Shown piece by piece: positions 20,901-29,654 of a DNA stretch of 39,465 bases (positions are counted from its first letter, which is position 1; each line of letters begins with the position of its first letter). Under the pieces are notes generated by a model. That model saw only the letters and a program-made list of their open reading frames with translations. It was not told where the DNA came from and ran no database searches. Source of the DNA: an uncultured bacterium (GTDB lineage: Bacteria > Calditrichota > Calditrichia > RBG-13-44-9); NCBI GenBank assembly GCA_965370645.1, contig CBDUVK010000003.1, forward strand, positions 1 through 39,465, in the 5' to 3' direction. The position numbers and the translations under genes were made by a program.

Positions 20901-22812
20901 AATGGCGAACGCCGTCGCTGAACAGACACTATCTCCCAACCTGACTGCCGAAAGAAGACTTGTGGAGCGTGACAGGGTCTTCAAGGCATCCGTGCCAGCC
21001 TATGACAAAGCTGTGGAAGAATATAAAAATGTGATTATTAATGTTCCTGTTTATGCTGAGAAATTAGATGTTTCAATTTTCGATACCACTGAGGTAGAAC
21101 CTGAAACGACTTCAGCCCTGGAGGACTCAGCTGAGACAATCCGTAAAGTAGCCTTTGAAGACAGCACCCGGGATATCGCCCTCAAATGGTACTTAAAGTC
21201 TCAAGTTAAAGTTTCCTCTATCTTATATACTGTGGCCGAACGTTCCTCGGAATTTATTGGAGCCTACCTGCGGCAACAAAACCCGGCTCGCGGTTTAGTC
21301 TTACTGTCCTGGAAAAAACTGTTGTTGGAGAGAGCTGTGGCTCCTGCGGTCAATGTCACATTGACATCACATCTTAAGAATATAAATATTTCCAAGGATT
21401 TAGGATTAGAAAATAAGTATGTAACTGAATCCGAAAGAAAGATATTACTGACCAGTAACGTGTTGGCAGATGAATATGGAAAACTGTTTTCTAGTGCGGT
21501 TGATGTGTATAATTCCCAATTACCGACCCTTTATAAACTGGTTGAGGGAGGAGAACAGGCAACCACTCCGTATGGCATGAATTCACTGGATTACAATGAT
21601 CAACTTATGAGCGTCATCGATTACATGAATGAATTTATTTCCGTGGCACTAATCCAATATAATAATACCTTGCAGTTTGCAATCGACAATAATATTAATA
21701 ACGATGCGGTACTCACAACCCAGGACAGATTGTTCAACCTGGGCTATGAATCGGGTTCGACCATGCTTGATCTTGCTGCCAAAGTAGCGACGCAAATTGA
21801 AAGATATGAGAATATTGCAGATACAACCGGGGATCCCAAGTATCAACTCGGAATCGTCTATCTTTACGACCAGGAAAGTTTCCTCACTCAGTATGCGGAG
21901 ACTGAATTGGAAAAAGCCTATCAGAGTAGTAAACAATTTGAAATTGAGAATGTGTGGACTAATCTGATTCTGGCCCGGCTGGTAGAAATTAATCCCGCAG
22001 ACTATCTTGGTGATTTCCCCAAAGAAGTCATGGTTGTTTTATCTGACGATGCCTGGCAGGGATCAGCTATTTATGATCTGGATTGGATCAATACAGATTT
22101 CCAAGCCTCGGAATGGAAAGATATCTCGGTCGTTGCATTGCCTGGGACCATGATTTTTCCGGGTTTTGACTCCCTGGAAACCCAACCATTATCGATTTGG
22201 CTCTATACTGAATCTACATTTACGGACTCACTCTCCGTTCCGCTTGAAAATTCATTAAACGTATTGCCTCCGCCTGATACCACTGCACAGTTGGATTCCA
22301 TGCCCCGACCGCGATCATTGGATCTGGAGGAAAAGGAGATTCCGGAGGAGATGTTAAGAGAACCGGGTACGATGCTTACTGAAGGGGGAGTGAGACCAGG
22401 TGTTGTAACAACTTTGGATACCGTGACTGCTTATTTTAGAAGAGCATTTAATCTTTCTGACCGGGTCATCAACGGTTGGGCTTTGTTGAGTGCTGATAAT
22501 GAATATCATTTCTACTTGAATGGGGAATATATTAAGGGAGACGATACAAAAATATTTGAAACTGTTGATCGTGTTGATTATATTGAGATATCTGATTTTT
22601 TGAAAACCGGGGATAATATCATTGCAATTGATGTGACAGATTATAATGGTGTCCCACATCACGGCCTGCGCTTCTATATGCATTTGGAGATGTTACCTGT
22701 AGAAATTACTGCCGCTGCAGATCGCATCCGGCGTAAGGCTGCTGAGAATGTTGATGAAAATCGCTTAAGAACTATTGTTATCCTTAATAAAAATAGAATA
22801 TTAGAGCAATAA
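17953..22812 (+). CDS. Giant secreted TPR protein (GltD/AgmU-like) with C-terminal galactose-binding-like beta-sandwich
   Basis: Signal peptide, many TPRs (DDALYNKAY, YPESDYVPEAY, DALYKLGWSYY), C-terminal YFRRAF..ADNEYHFYLNG..LKTGDNIIAIDV. Confidence 0.8.
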   Translation: MVIISTKKRIFPQIFLFFLFTVIGFYSAFNLESGYAQESGGTRIDSVLQNYNIEELLKVKEYLENYRESLIQEQNLEQQKGIEVSKDFLQKSRIDIENQDQILIRIAEYYIEEESDLYATRVETYNQAYDEYEKRLQDYQDGKLEVEPLAPTFPRRNYDKAITIYDIILTEFPESELVDDALYNKAYLLGDMGEEVAAQEVYQELIDKYPESDYVPEAYMHLAEFYFQPKLGQGREETIRNLYKAAQLYKNVLKFKESDRYTDALYKLGWSYYRLAGADPKHYSESILYFTLVVQDIEKFQEIDPEGKYIKANIKPEALQYIAACFVDTSYTEDGVKKANNYIGNLGKPAFGVDIFQDMGDLYARIVEYNNSIRAYNTLLGVYPNYSYAPLIQKKIGDVYAEDQEIQSAYNAREQLYNRYNPKTQWYANIELSDLDERIFILDQATNYSEEALRSNLIFQLNQAQEAALTRQDSVNAFREFGRLANLYLETYPTHENAYEINWSLAYILDTELQDFPGAFEEYVRVSNDYLEEVHRKDAANNAIVVAQTLVDQQTTGGDTVQIGGIDIAQIPPEELSENEILLGEAYDNYIKLFPEDDRTATYLSSAGALYYQHRQYDLARKYYKTMVTKFPESQQRSVGLLSLMNSYFFLGKYTDAEFVAKKIIEVPDIPEDQLEIARRRIGESIYKNAEKLEQEEQYLESAREFFRVYTEASYYEDIVDLALFNSAKNYEQNNEWKQAINVYDTLVVNYEKSEYRLIALGKIADAYKQMEDFEGVGSSYERIYNLYPEHQDAEAALYNSSLFFARASAWSHAIRVNNKYINRYPDNPDSKDLLFENARYYLKLDDLSNANKIYDEFAVRYPDDPRTIEAYFRRGEYYFENQQFALAKQEFRKAISRSDQFARTGRDPNLLYASESHFLLGEIEYIEFKQITLSYPESNLRAQLQQKQNKLRSVIKAFTTVIKMGSIKGFEAMYKVAEAYEEMANAVAEQTLSPNLTAERRLVERDRVFKASVPAYDKAVEEYKNVIINVPVYAEKLDVSIFDTTEVEPETTSALEDSAETIRKVAFEDSTRDIALKWYLKSQVKVSSILYTVAERSSEFIGAYLRQQNPARGLVLLSWKKLLLERAVAPAVNVTLTSHLKNINISKDLGLENKYVTESERKILLTSNVLADEYGKLFSSAVDVYNSQLPTLYKLVEGGEQATTPYGMNSLDYNDQLMSVIDYMNEFISVALIQYNNTLQFAIDNNINNDAVLTTQDRLFNLGYESGSTMLDLAAKVATQIERYENIADTTGDPKYQLGIVYLYDQESFLTQYAETELEKAYQSSKQFEIENVWTNLILARLVEINPADYLGDFPKEVMVVLSDDAWQGSAIYDLDWINTDFQASEWKDISVVALPGTMIFPGFDSLETQPLSIWLYTESTFTDSLSVPLENSLNVLPPPDTTAQLDSMPRPRSLDLEEKEIPEEMLREPGTMLTEGGVRPGVVTTLDTVTAYFRRAFNLSDRVINGWALLSADNEYHFYLNGEYIKGDDTKIFETVDRVDYIEISDFLKTGDNIIAIDVTDYNGVPHHGLRFYMHLEMLPVEITAAADRIRRKAAENVDENRLRTIVILNKNRILEQ

Positions 22813-22829
22813 TTTGAGGGCTTAGTTTG

Positions 22830-23171
22830 ATGAAAATCGTCTCATTAATATTGATGATGTGTGTGCTCCTGACGTATTCAGTATATTCTCAGGAAGAGGC
22901 AAACCCGGCTCAAACCGGTCAGGATCAACCCACGGTGATTGATTTGACTCAAATGGGCAAGACTTATACTTTTTCTGCCAGAATGGAACTACCGCAGGTA
23001 CGGATGTTTGATAAAAGAATTAATCCGGATTTCAAACAACTATCCGCAGAAAAATCTTTTTCTGTGGAATTATCACCCCAGGCAGAGGAGATTAGGTACG
23101 AGCCGATTACCAGCGGAAAGGTAAAACCAATTGAGAATATTGAATCATTATTAAAAAAGAAAAGATTTTAA
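22830..23171 (+). CDS. Small secreted protein, GltF/CglF-like
   Basis: Signal peptide then TVIDL...ELPQV..KRINPDF...KSF..EL pattern; position between the TPR genes and the motor genes. TTG at 22827 is an alternative start. Confidence 0.6.
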   Translation: MKIVSLILMMCVLLTYSVYSQEEANPAQTGQDQPTVIDLTQMGKTYTFSARMELPQVRMFDKRINPDFKQLSAEKSFSVELSPQAEEIRYEPITSGKVKPIENIESLLKKKRF

Positions 23172-23221
23172 TTTTAGAAATTTAATTCGCTTAAAACGTA
23201 AATTTAAGGAGGATTTTTATT

Positions 23222-23893
23222 ATGGGTTCCTCAATCTCTTTCTGGAAGAGTTTTTTTGAGACTTTCAGCACGGCTTCGTCTGGTTTTATTTTTATGTGGA
23301 TCATCCTGATCATGCTCATCATCGCCCTGGCCATTGCTATTGAAAGAACCTATTACATTTTGGTTCGTTCAAATGTTAATGCGGACAAATTTATGCTGGA
23401 AATTAGAAAATTAGTGACCAGTGGAAATATAAAACGTGCGATCAGCCTAGCGGAACAAGGCAGACAAAAAGCATTGCCATATGTTGTTCTAGCTGGCTTA
23501 AAAAAGGTCGCTGAAAGCGAAACCCTGGATTTTCGTTCCATACAAAATGCAGTGGATGAGGGTACATTGGAAGTCATTCCGCGTCTTCAAAAGAGAACAA
23601 ACTATTTATCTATGTTGGCCAATGTGGCGACGCTTACCGGTCTTATGGGAACTATTTATGGTCTGATCATCGCCTTCGAAGCTGTGGGAGGTACAGAAAT
23701 TCCCGAAGCAGATAAACCCCGTCTTTTGGCGCAGGGTATCTCAATTGCGATGAATACCACCATCTTTGGTCTGGCCGTTGCCGTGCCAACTCTGATTATT
23801 TATAATGTTTTACAGAATAAAACTACACAGATCATTGATGAGATGGATGAACATCTGGTCAAACTAATCAATATGATTACCGGTAATCGCTAA
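23222..23893 (+). CDS. MotA/TolQ/ExbB proton channel protein (AglR-like)
   Basis: Three TM segments, ANVATLTGLMGTIYGLI and GISIAMNTTIFGLAVAVP. Confidence 0.93.
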   Translation: MGSSISFWKSFFETFSTASSGFIFMWIILIMLIIALAIAIERTYYILVRSNVNADKFMLEIRKLVTSGNIKRAISLAEQGRQKALPYVVLAGLKKVAESETLDFRSIQNAVDEGTLEVIPRLQKRTNYLSMLANVATLTGLMGTIYGLIIAFEAVGGTEIPEADKPRLLAQGISIAMNTTIFGLAVAVPTLIIYNVLQNKTTQIIDEMDEHLVKLINMITGNR

Positions 23894-23915
23894 ATTTAAA
23901 GAAGGATTTTAAACC

Positions 23916-24476
23916 ATGGCGTATAAACCATCTTTACGTAGGACACGAAAACTTGAAGAGATGAAGCTCGATATTCGCCCTGTGATGAATCTGATGGTTG
24001 TGTTAATCCCATTACTGCTAGCAGGTTCGGTGTGGACGAAGCTATCCATCAAACAACTCAATCTGCCACCTAAGTCAGCTGGCGCAGGAAGCGGAGAACT
24101 GGATAAACCTATGGAAATTGAGAAACGACTGGGTTTGAATATTATTGTGTCTCGACAGGGATTTTATATCGGCTCTTCCCGGGGATTCCTGGAAGAGGAG
24201 AAACAACAGAGAGATGAGAATGCTCCTCCCACCATACCGCTGAATGAGCGAGGTGGGCTGAATTATGAAGCTATGCAAGCAAAATTAATAGAAATCAGGG
24301 AAAAAGTTCTCACCACGGATTTCAGTGATAAAAATTCTATCATTTTAACGGCTGAAGCGGATATTCCATATAAATTTATCATTAAGACCATGGATAATAT
24401 CACGACCTATTTTGATCAGGACGGGAATCTGCAGGAACTTTTTTCACAAATTATTATTGGACAAGTAATACTCTAA
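23916..24476 (+). CDS. ExbD/TolR-family protein 1 (Asn in place of the TM Asp)
   Basis: DIRPVMNLMVVLIPLLL TM segment; IILTAEADIPYKFIIKTMD periplasmic motif. Confidence 0.88.
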   Translation: MAYKPSLRRTRKLEEMKLDIRPVMNLMVVLIPLLLAGSVWTKLSIKQLNLPPKSAGAGSGELDKPMEIEKRLGLNIIVSRQGFYIGSSRGFLEEEKQQRDENAPPTIPLNERGGLNYEAMQAKLIEIREKVLTTDFSDKNSIILTAEADIPYKFIIKTMDNITTYFDQDGNLQELFSQIIIGQVIL

Positions 24477-24497
24477 CGCTATAGAAAGGGATTCATC

Positions 24498-24986
24498 ATG
24501 GCTTTTGTCCCCTCCCGTCGGAAAAAACATCTAAGTCTTGGTAAGGATGAACTTAACTTGAATTCCATGATGGACATGATGACCATCATCCTTCTGTTTT
24601 TGTTGAAAACCTTTTCAACAACTGGTCAAATTCTAACGCCCTCGGAAGACCTAAAACTTCCCTTTTCAGCAAGCAATGAACAACCTAAAAAAGAGTTGAG
24701 TATATCGGTAACTCGTCATTCCATCCTGGTTGGTTCTGAAATTGTGATAGAATTAAAAGATCTGCCGCAGGATGAAAATCTTATTCGCCCTCTTTATGCC
24801 CGGCTTTCTCTGCTTGCAAAGGAAGCTCAGGAAGATGAAGTCCGATATGGAAAACCATTTAATAATGAGGTTATTGTTCAGGCGGATGAAAATACACCCT
24901 TCCAAGTGCTTGTAAAAGTGCTATATACCTGTGGACAATCAGAGTTTAATAAGCTCAGATTATTAACCTATCAAGAAAAGATTTAA
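24498..24986 (+). CDS. ExbD/TolR-family protein 2 (AglS-like)
   Basis: LNLNSMMDMMTIILLFLLK; VQADENTPFQVLVKVLYT. Confidence 0.92.
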   Translation: MAFVPSRRKKHLSLGKDELNLNSMMDMMTIILLFLLKTFSTTGQILTPSEDLKLPFSASNEQPKKELSISVTRHSILVGSEIVIELKDLPQDENLIRPLYARLSLLAKEAQEDEVRYGKPFNNEVIVQADENTPFQVLVKVLYTCGQSEFNKLRLLTYQEKI

Positions 24987-25027
24987 GGGTAGGTCCTATT
25001 TGTATTTAGGAGAAAAGGATGTAGATT

Positions 25028-26119
25028 ATGGCAGAAAATTCAAGAAATCCGAATGCATTTCCGCGAGGTGGTAGTCCTCATGGATTTAGATTAGCAGGAT
25101 TCCCAAGAGAATTTGAAAAAGGATTATGGGATTTATTTGATAAAAGATTTTACACAATTCTGATAATTACCTGGGTTGTTCTGTATGCTTTCACCTTTTT
25201 TATGAGTACCCGTGACTGGCAGTTATCCGATCAAGCGAAAGAAAGAATGAAGCAGAGGTATCTCCAAAATCTCTATGCTGAAATTATCGTACCTGAGGGA
25301 GCTTCGACTGAGGATGAAGCTGATGAAGGTTACCGTGGGACTACCGAAGAGGCTGGTGGTGGAGGTGAAGAAGAAGAGATCAGCGAACGGGCACAACGTT
25401 TGGTTGGAGAATCTTCTTCGGATCGCGTACAGCGCCAAAGAGCCGGTGTGGGTGCGCGAAGAGCCCAGCGAAGTCGAATGGAGCAGGAGGCAGCAGGTTA
25501 TGGAGTTTTAGCTGCTCTCACGGCCTCAGGAGCGGGCGGATCAGGTTCCCTGGGTTATACCGACATTCTGGGAGATGCCGGGGGAGTTGGATCCGGTCTG
25601 GCTAATGCTGGTGAATTGGTTGCCGGTACAGCGGCACTGCAAGCTGCCACAGGCCGTGGTCAGCGAAGTCGGATTGCGAAAGGTGGCGGATTTGGCGGAG
25701 AAATTGGAGAAACAGGTATCGATGAGCTCATTAGCGGGACCGGTGTGGCCGGAGGTGCTTCGGTAGCCAGGAGAGGTTCGATTAAACTGGCACAAGAGAC
25801 TCAGGTCTCCGGATCTGGAGCCGGAAGTTCCCAGCGTAATCCCGAGGTTATTGATGCTATCATTAATCAAAATAAGGCATCAGTTGAATATTGTTATCAA
25901 TCTCAGCTTAAATTAAATCCCAATCTGCGTGGCGATATTTTCTTAAGCTTTGATATATTACCCAATGGCAAAGTGGGTGCCGTCAAAATTCTGAGTTCTT
26001 CCATGAATAACAGTAAAGTTGAAAAATGTATTATTAAATCCATTAGAAGATGGTCATTTCCCAGACAAACAGGTGCTGGTGGGATTGTCACAATTCGAAC
26101 CAAATTTATTTTTGGATAA
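25028..26119 (+). CDS. TonB-like energy transducer with Gly-rich linker and AgmX/PglI-type C-terminal domain (GltG-like)
   Basis: Single TM helix, acidic and Gly-rich linker, C-terminal YCYQSQLKLNPNLRG...VEKCIIKSIRRWSFP. Confidence 0.88.
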   Translation: MAENSRNPNAFPRGGSPHGFRLAGFPREFEKGLWDLFDKRFYTILIITWVVLYAFTFFMSTRDWQLSDQAKERMKQRYLQNLYAEIIVPEGASTEDEADEGYRGTTEEAGGGGEEEEISERAQRLVGESSSDRVQRQRAGVGARRAQRSRMEQEAAGYGVLAALTASGAGGSGSLGYTDILGDAGGVGSGLANAGELVAGTAALQAATGRGQRSRIAKGGGFGGEIGETGIDELISGTGVAGGASVARRGSIKLAQETQVSGSGAGSSQRNPEVIDAIINQNKASVEYCYQSQLKLNPNLRGDIFLSFDILPNGKVGAVKILSSSMNNSKVEKCIIKSIRRWSFPRQTGAGGIVTIRTKFIFG

Positions 26120-26160
26120 TAATCCTCAAACAAGTAAATGAAAATTTCATTTTAAGCCTG

Positions 26161-26192
26161 AAAACCGCAATGGCCAGACATTGCGGTTTTTG
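26161..26192 (+). terminator. Intrinsic terminator ending the Agl-Glt-like cluster
   Basis: AAAACCGCAATG-gccaga-CATTGCGGTTTTT. Confidence 0.85.
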
Positions 26193-26269
26193 TTATCAGG
26201 TTTTTCTTAATGCTTGTTTATCCTAGATGCTCTCCGTAAATTTTTCGCTCAATTATTAAGGAATATTTT

Positions 26270-28048
26270 TTGATCTTAAAAAGAACACACACCTGTGGGG
26301 AGCTTACCTCAAAGCATATAGAAAAAGAGGTTATCCTGAATGGATGGGTAGATAATTGGCGGGATCTTGGCGGTATATTGTTTATAAGTCTGCGCGATCG
26401 TTATGGTATAACTCAAATTTTATTCGATCCGGAATTCTCCTCTGAAATGTATCAATCCGCAAAAAAACTACGCTCGGAATATGTTATTGCCGTTAAGGGC
26501 CGGGTGCGGAAAAGACCTCCGGAAGCGATCAATCCGGATATGAAAACAGGTAAAATTGAGATTGTCTGTTCGGAACTAAAACTCTTAAACAGTTGTAAAC
26601 CCTTGCCCTTTGAACTTAAAGATTATGCCGAAAAATCAGAAGAATTACGCCTGAAATATCGTTTTCTTGATCTGCGCAGAAGATCACTCCAGGGAAATTT
26701 GATTTTGCGGCATGAATTGGCCCAATTAACCCGCAAGTATTTTTCAGATTTAAATTTTGTCGAAATTGAAACGCCTGTTCTTACCAAAAGTACACCTGAG
26801 GGAGCCAGAGATTTTCTGGTTCCATCCCGGATTCATCCCGGAAAATTTTATGCTATGCCCCAATCTCCGCAAACCTACAAACAGATTCTGATGATCTCCG
26901 GATTCGATCGTTATTTTCAAATTGTAAAATGTTATCGGGATGAAGATTTTAGAAAAGATCGTCAACCTGAGTTTACTCAGGTGGATGTGGAGATGTCTTT
27001 TGTCGATGAAGAGGACATTTATTACATCATGGAAGAATATATGAAAGTGGTATTTGAAAAGCTCCTAAAGACAAAAATCAAAACACCCTTTCCACGCTTT
27101 AGCTACCAGCAGGCTATGGAAAATTATGGCAGTGATAAACCGGACCTCCGTTACGATTTAAAAATTCAAAACCTTACAGATGAATTTAAAGATTCCGGTT
27201 TTAATGTCTTTCGCAATATCAGCAGAGGTAATGGATTCATTGGCGCATTGATCCTTCCGCAAGCAGCAAATTACAGCCGCAAACAACTGGATATACTAAA
27301 CGATTACATTAAAAGCCTTGGCGGTGCCGGAATAGCGCACTTTAAAAAAACTGAGCGAGATTTGGATGGCGGTATCAGCAAATTCCTGGCAGCGGATGAA
27401 AAGGTGAGGTTGTTAAATCGTTTTAAGTCCAGCAAAGAAGCAATGATATTTATTATTGCTGATTCTACCGTTGAGAAGGCTCAGACATTGCTGGGTCATT
27501 TAAGAGAAAAATTGGCCGAAGATACCGGCCTTATCGATACTAAAGCGAATGTATTGTCCTGGACAGTTAATTTTCCTCTTCTGGAATTCGACGAGCAGGA
27601 ACAAAGATTCATGGCGAGGCACCATCCCTTCACGTCTCCCGACATACAAGATTTAGATCGGTTAGAAAGTGAGCCGGAAGCGGTACAGGCCCGCGCTTAT
27701 GATCTAGTGTGGAATGGTTATGAGATTGCCGGTGGTAGCATTCGTATCCACCAGAAGGAGGTCCAGGAAAGAATGTTTGCTGCTTTAAATATTTCTCCGG
27801 ATGAGGCTCGTGACAAATTCGGTTTTTTGCTGGAAGCCCTGGAATATGGTGCACCACCCCATGGGGGAATTGCATTTGGTTTCGATCGAATAGCGATGCT
27901 TCTGGTGAATGCAAATGCTATCCGGGATGTCATTGCTTTCCCTAAAACCAGTAGTGCTCTGGCCTTGATGGAAAATGCCCCAACAGCTGTAAGTGAAAAA
28001 CAGTTAAAGGAATTAGGGCTAATAATTGCAAACTCCGCGAAAAAATAG
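26270..28048 (+). CDS. aspS: Aspartate--tRNA ligase
   Basis: RTHTCGEL, STPEGARDF, PQSPQ, RDED..DRQPEFTQ, GAPPHGG. Confidence 0.99.
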   Translation: MILKRTHTCGELTSKHIEKEVILNGWVDNWRDLGGILFISLRDRYGITQILFDPEFSSEMYQSAKKLRSEYVIAVKGRVRKRPPEAINPDMKTGKIEIVCSELKLLNSCKPLPFELKDYAEKSEELRLKYRFLDLRRRSLQGNLILRHELAQLTRKYFSDLNFVEIETPVLTKSTPEGARDFLVPSRIHPGKFYAMPQSPQTYKQILMISGFDRYFQIVKCYRDEDFRKDRQPEFTQVDVEMSFVDEEDIYYIMEEYMKVVFEKLLKTKIKTPFPRFSYQQAMENYGSDKPDLRYDLKIQNLTDEFKDSGFNVFRNISRGNGFIGALILPQAANYSRKQLDILNDYIKSLGGAGIAHFKKTERDLDGGISKFLAADEKVRLLNRFKSSKEAMIFIIADSTVEKAQTLLGHLREKLAEDTGLIDTKANVLSWTVNFPLLEFDEQEQRFMARHHPFTSPDIQDLDRLESEPEAVQARAYDLVWNGYEIAGGSIRIHQKEVQERMFAALNISPDEARDKFGFLLEALEYGAPPHGGIAFGFDRIAMLLVNANAIRDVIAFPKTSSALALMENAPTAVSEKQLKELGLIIANSAKK

Positions 28049-28283
28049 TTTGTATAAAATTTCACGGATTTATTGTTAAGATTTTATTATAAGTGCCGAT
28101 ACCAATACTTATACGGATTATTTTTTTTAATTAATTTGTTTTTTTTATTTAAGTGATTAATTTAATGAACTAAATACACGATTAAGAATCCCCATGTTAA
28201 TCGTGTCAGCTATAAATGCATTCGGAATGGAATTGCAAGGTTTCTTGGTGCTTGAAATACATGAAAAAACATACAAATAGTGC

Positions 28284-28312
28284 TTGACAAAAATTTTTAT
28301 TTTTGTTATTAT
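28284..28312 (+). promoter_or_regulatory. Strong sigma70 promoter for the lipoprotein-LysM pair
   Basis: TTGACA-N17-TATTAT with an extended -10 TG; AGGAGG RBS follows. Confidence 0.8.
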
Positions 28313-28348
28313 TACACAGTTTAAATTCTCTAACGATAGGAGGCATGT

Positions 28349-28630
28349 ATGTCGAAAATTAAAAAGTTACTCAGTTTTGGTTTAGTTGCCATTTTCTCCT
28401 TGTCCCTGCTTACAGCTACTGGTTGCAGCCGACATCCCAATGAAGAACAAATTCGTGCCATGGAAGAGGCGAGAAGCGCGTGTTTAGCTGCGGAGCAGAA
28501 GTTGAATGAAGTACAGAGGGAAAGAGGTAGTCTGGAAAGTCAACTTCAAGCAAAGAAAGCTGAACTGGATAAGACTCAGAAAGAAAAAGCGCACGTTGAG
28601 CAGGGTTTAGCCAACTGGAACGAAAATTAA
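28349..28630 (+). CDS. Small coiled-coil lipoprotein
   Basis: Lys-rich n-region, hydrophobic h-region, lipobox ATG-C26, then heptad-repeat helix. Confidence 0.85.
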   Translation: MSKIKKLLSFGLVAIFSLSLLTATGCSRHPNEEQIRAMEEARSACLAAEQKLNEVQRERGSLESQLQAKKAELDKTQKEKAHVEQGLANWNEN

Positions 28631-28648
28631 TAAGGTGAGGAGGAAAAA

Positions 28649-29497
28649 ATGAAAAGATTTTATCTAATATCCGTACTGTTGATTATTTGCATTTTCAGTC
28701 TGAGTCTCTTCGCTCAGGATTATTCTTATGATTATAAAGAAATGAAAATGGATGAGTATAAGGCAGAATTGGCTAAGTGGCAGAAATGCGAAGCAGATAA
28801 TAAAGCTAAAATTGCTGAAGAAGAAGCTCAGATTGCTCAATTGAATGAAGAAATTGCAGCTACTGAAAAGCAGATTGAAGATACCTGGAATGAAATTTAT
28901 GCACTATTGGGGACTGATAAAGCAGGGTATGAAGCTTACATGGCGAGCCTGCAAGCTCTGGAAAATGAACTCAGTGGCTTTGTGGCTCTTTCCCCGGAAG
29001 ACATCTACACCCGGATGGGTGAATTAACCGGTTTTGAAGAGAGATTGGCGGAACTGAAAAAGGACAAGAAAAGTCTGACCACCGAATCTCAGGGATATAT
29101 TAGCCGGATTGAAAATCTCGTTGCACAGGCAAAAGAGAAGGGTCAACCTGCTGCCGCTGGCATGTATGAGGTTCAACGCGGTGATTATCTGTGGAAGATC
29201 TCTAATAAAACTGAAGTCTATGGAGATGCATACAGATGGTATGCAATTTATTCCTACAACAGGGATCAAATCAAAGATCCTAATCTCATTTATCCGGCGC
29301 AAGTTTTCCGTATCCCGAGAATGGCTGGACCCAATGAGCACTGGGTGGAAAGAGGCGAGTTCCTGTCCAAGATTGCCGGATATGGCAATGTATATGGAAA
29401 TCCGTTCCAATGGCAGAAATTATATGAGGCCAACAAATCTGTCATCGTGGATCCTAACCTCGTTTATCCCCACACAGTCCTTAAAGTACCGAGATAA
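28649..29497 (+). CDS. Secreted coiled-coil protein with two C-terminal LysM peptidoglycan-binding domains
   Basis: Signal peptide; YEVQRGDYLWKIS..IKDPNLIYP and HWVERGEFLSKIA..VDPNLVYP repeats. Confidence 0.92.
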   Translation: MKRFYLISVLLIICIFSLSLFAQDYSYDYKEMKMDEYKAELAKWQKCEADNKAKIAEEEAQIAQLNEEIAATEKQIEDTWNEIYALLGTDKAGYEAYMASLQALENELSGFVALSPEDIYTRMGELTGFEERLAELKKDKKSLTTESQGYISRIENLVAQAKEKGQPAAAGMYEVQRGDYLWKISNKTEVYGDAYRWYAIYSYNRDQIKDPNLIYPAQVFRIPRMAGPNEHWVERGEFLSKIAGYGNVYGNPFQWQKLYEANKSVIVDPNLVYPHTVLKVPR

Positions 29498-29533
29498 TCT
29501 CAGTTGATATTTTCATTCTTATAAGTTTACTCC

Positions 29534-29562
29534 AGGCTCTTAGCATTGCTAAGAGCCTTTTT
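29534..29562 (+). terminator. Intrinsic terminator
   Basis: AGGCTCTTAGC-att-GCTAAGAGCCT followed by a T tract. Confidence 0.88.
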
Positions 29563-29654
29563 ATTTGTAATATTTTTAAAAATTATCTAACTTTCAGCAT
29601 TATTGTCCAAAATAACAATCACCCTAAGTTTTATGGAGGTAATAGGTAAATTCT

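Noticed and set aside
28222-28237. Sigma54 promoter
   Set aside because: GG-to-GC spacing is 9 rather than 10, and a much better sigma70 promoter lies downstream.
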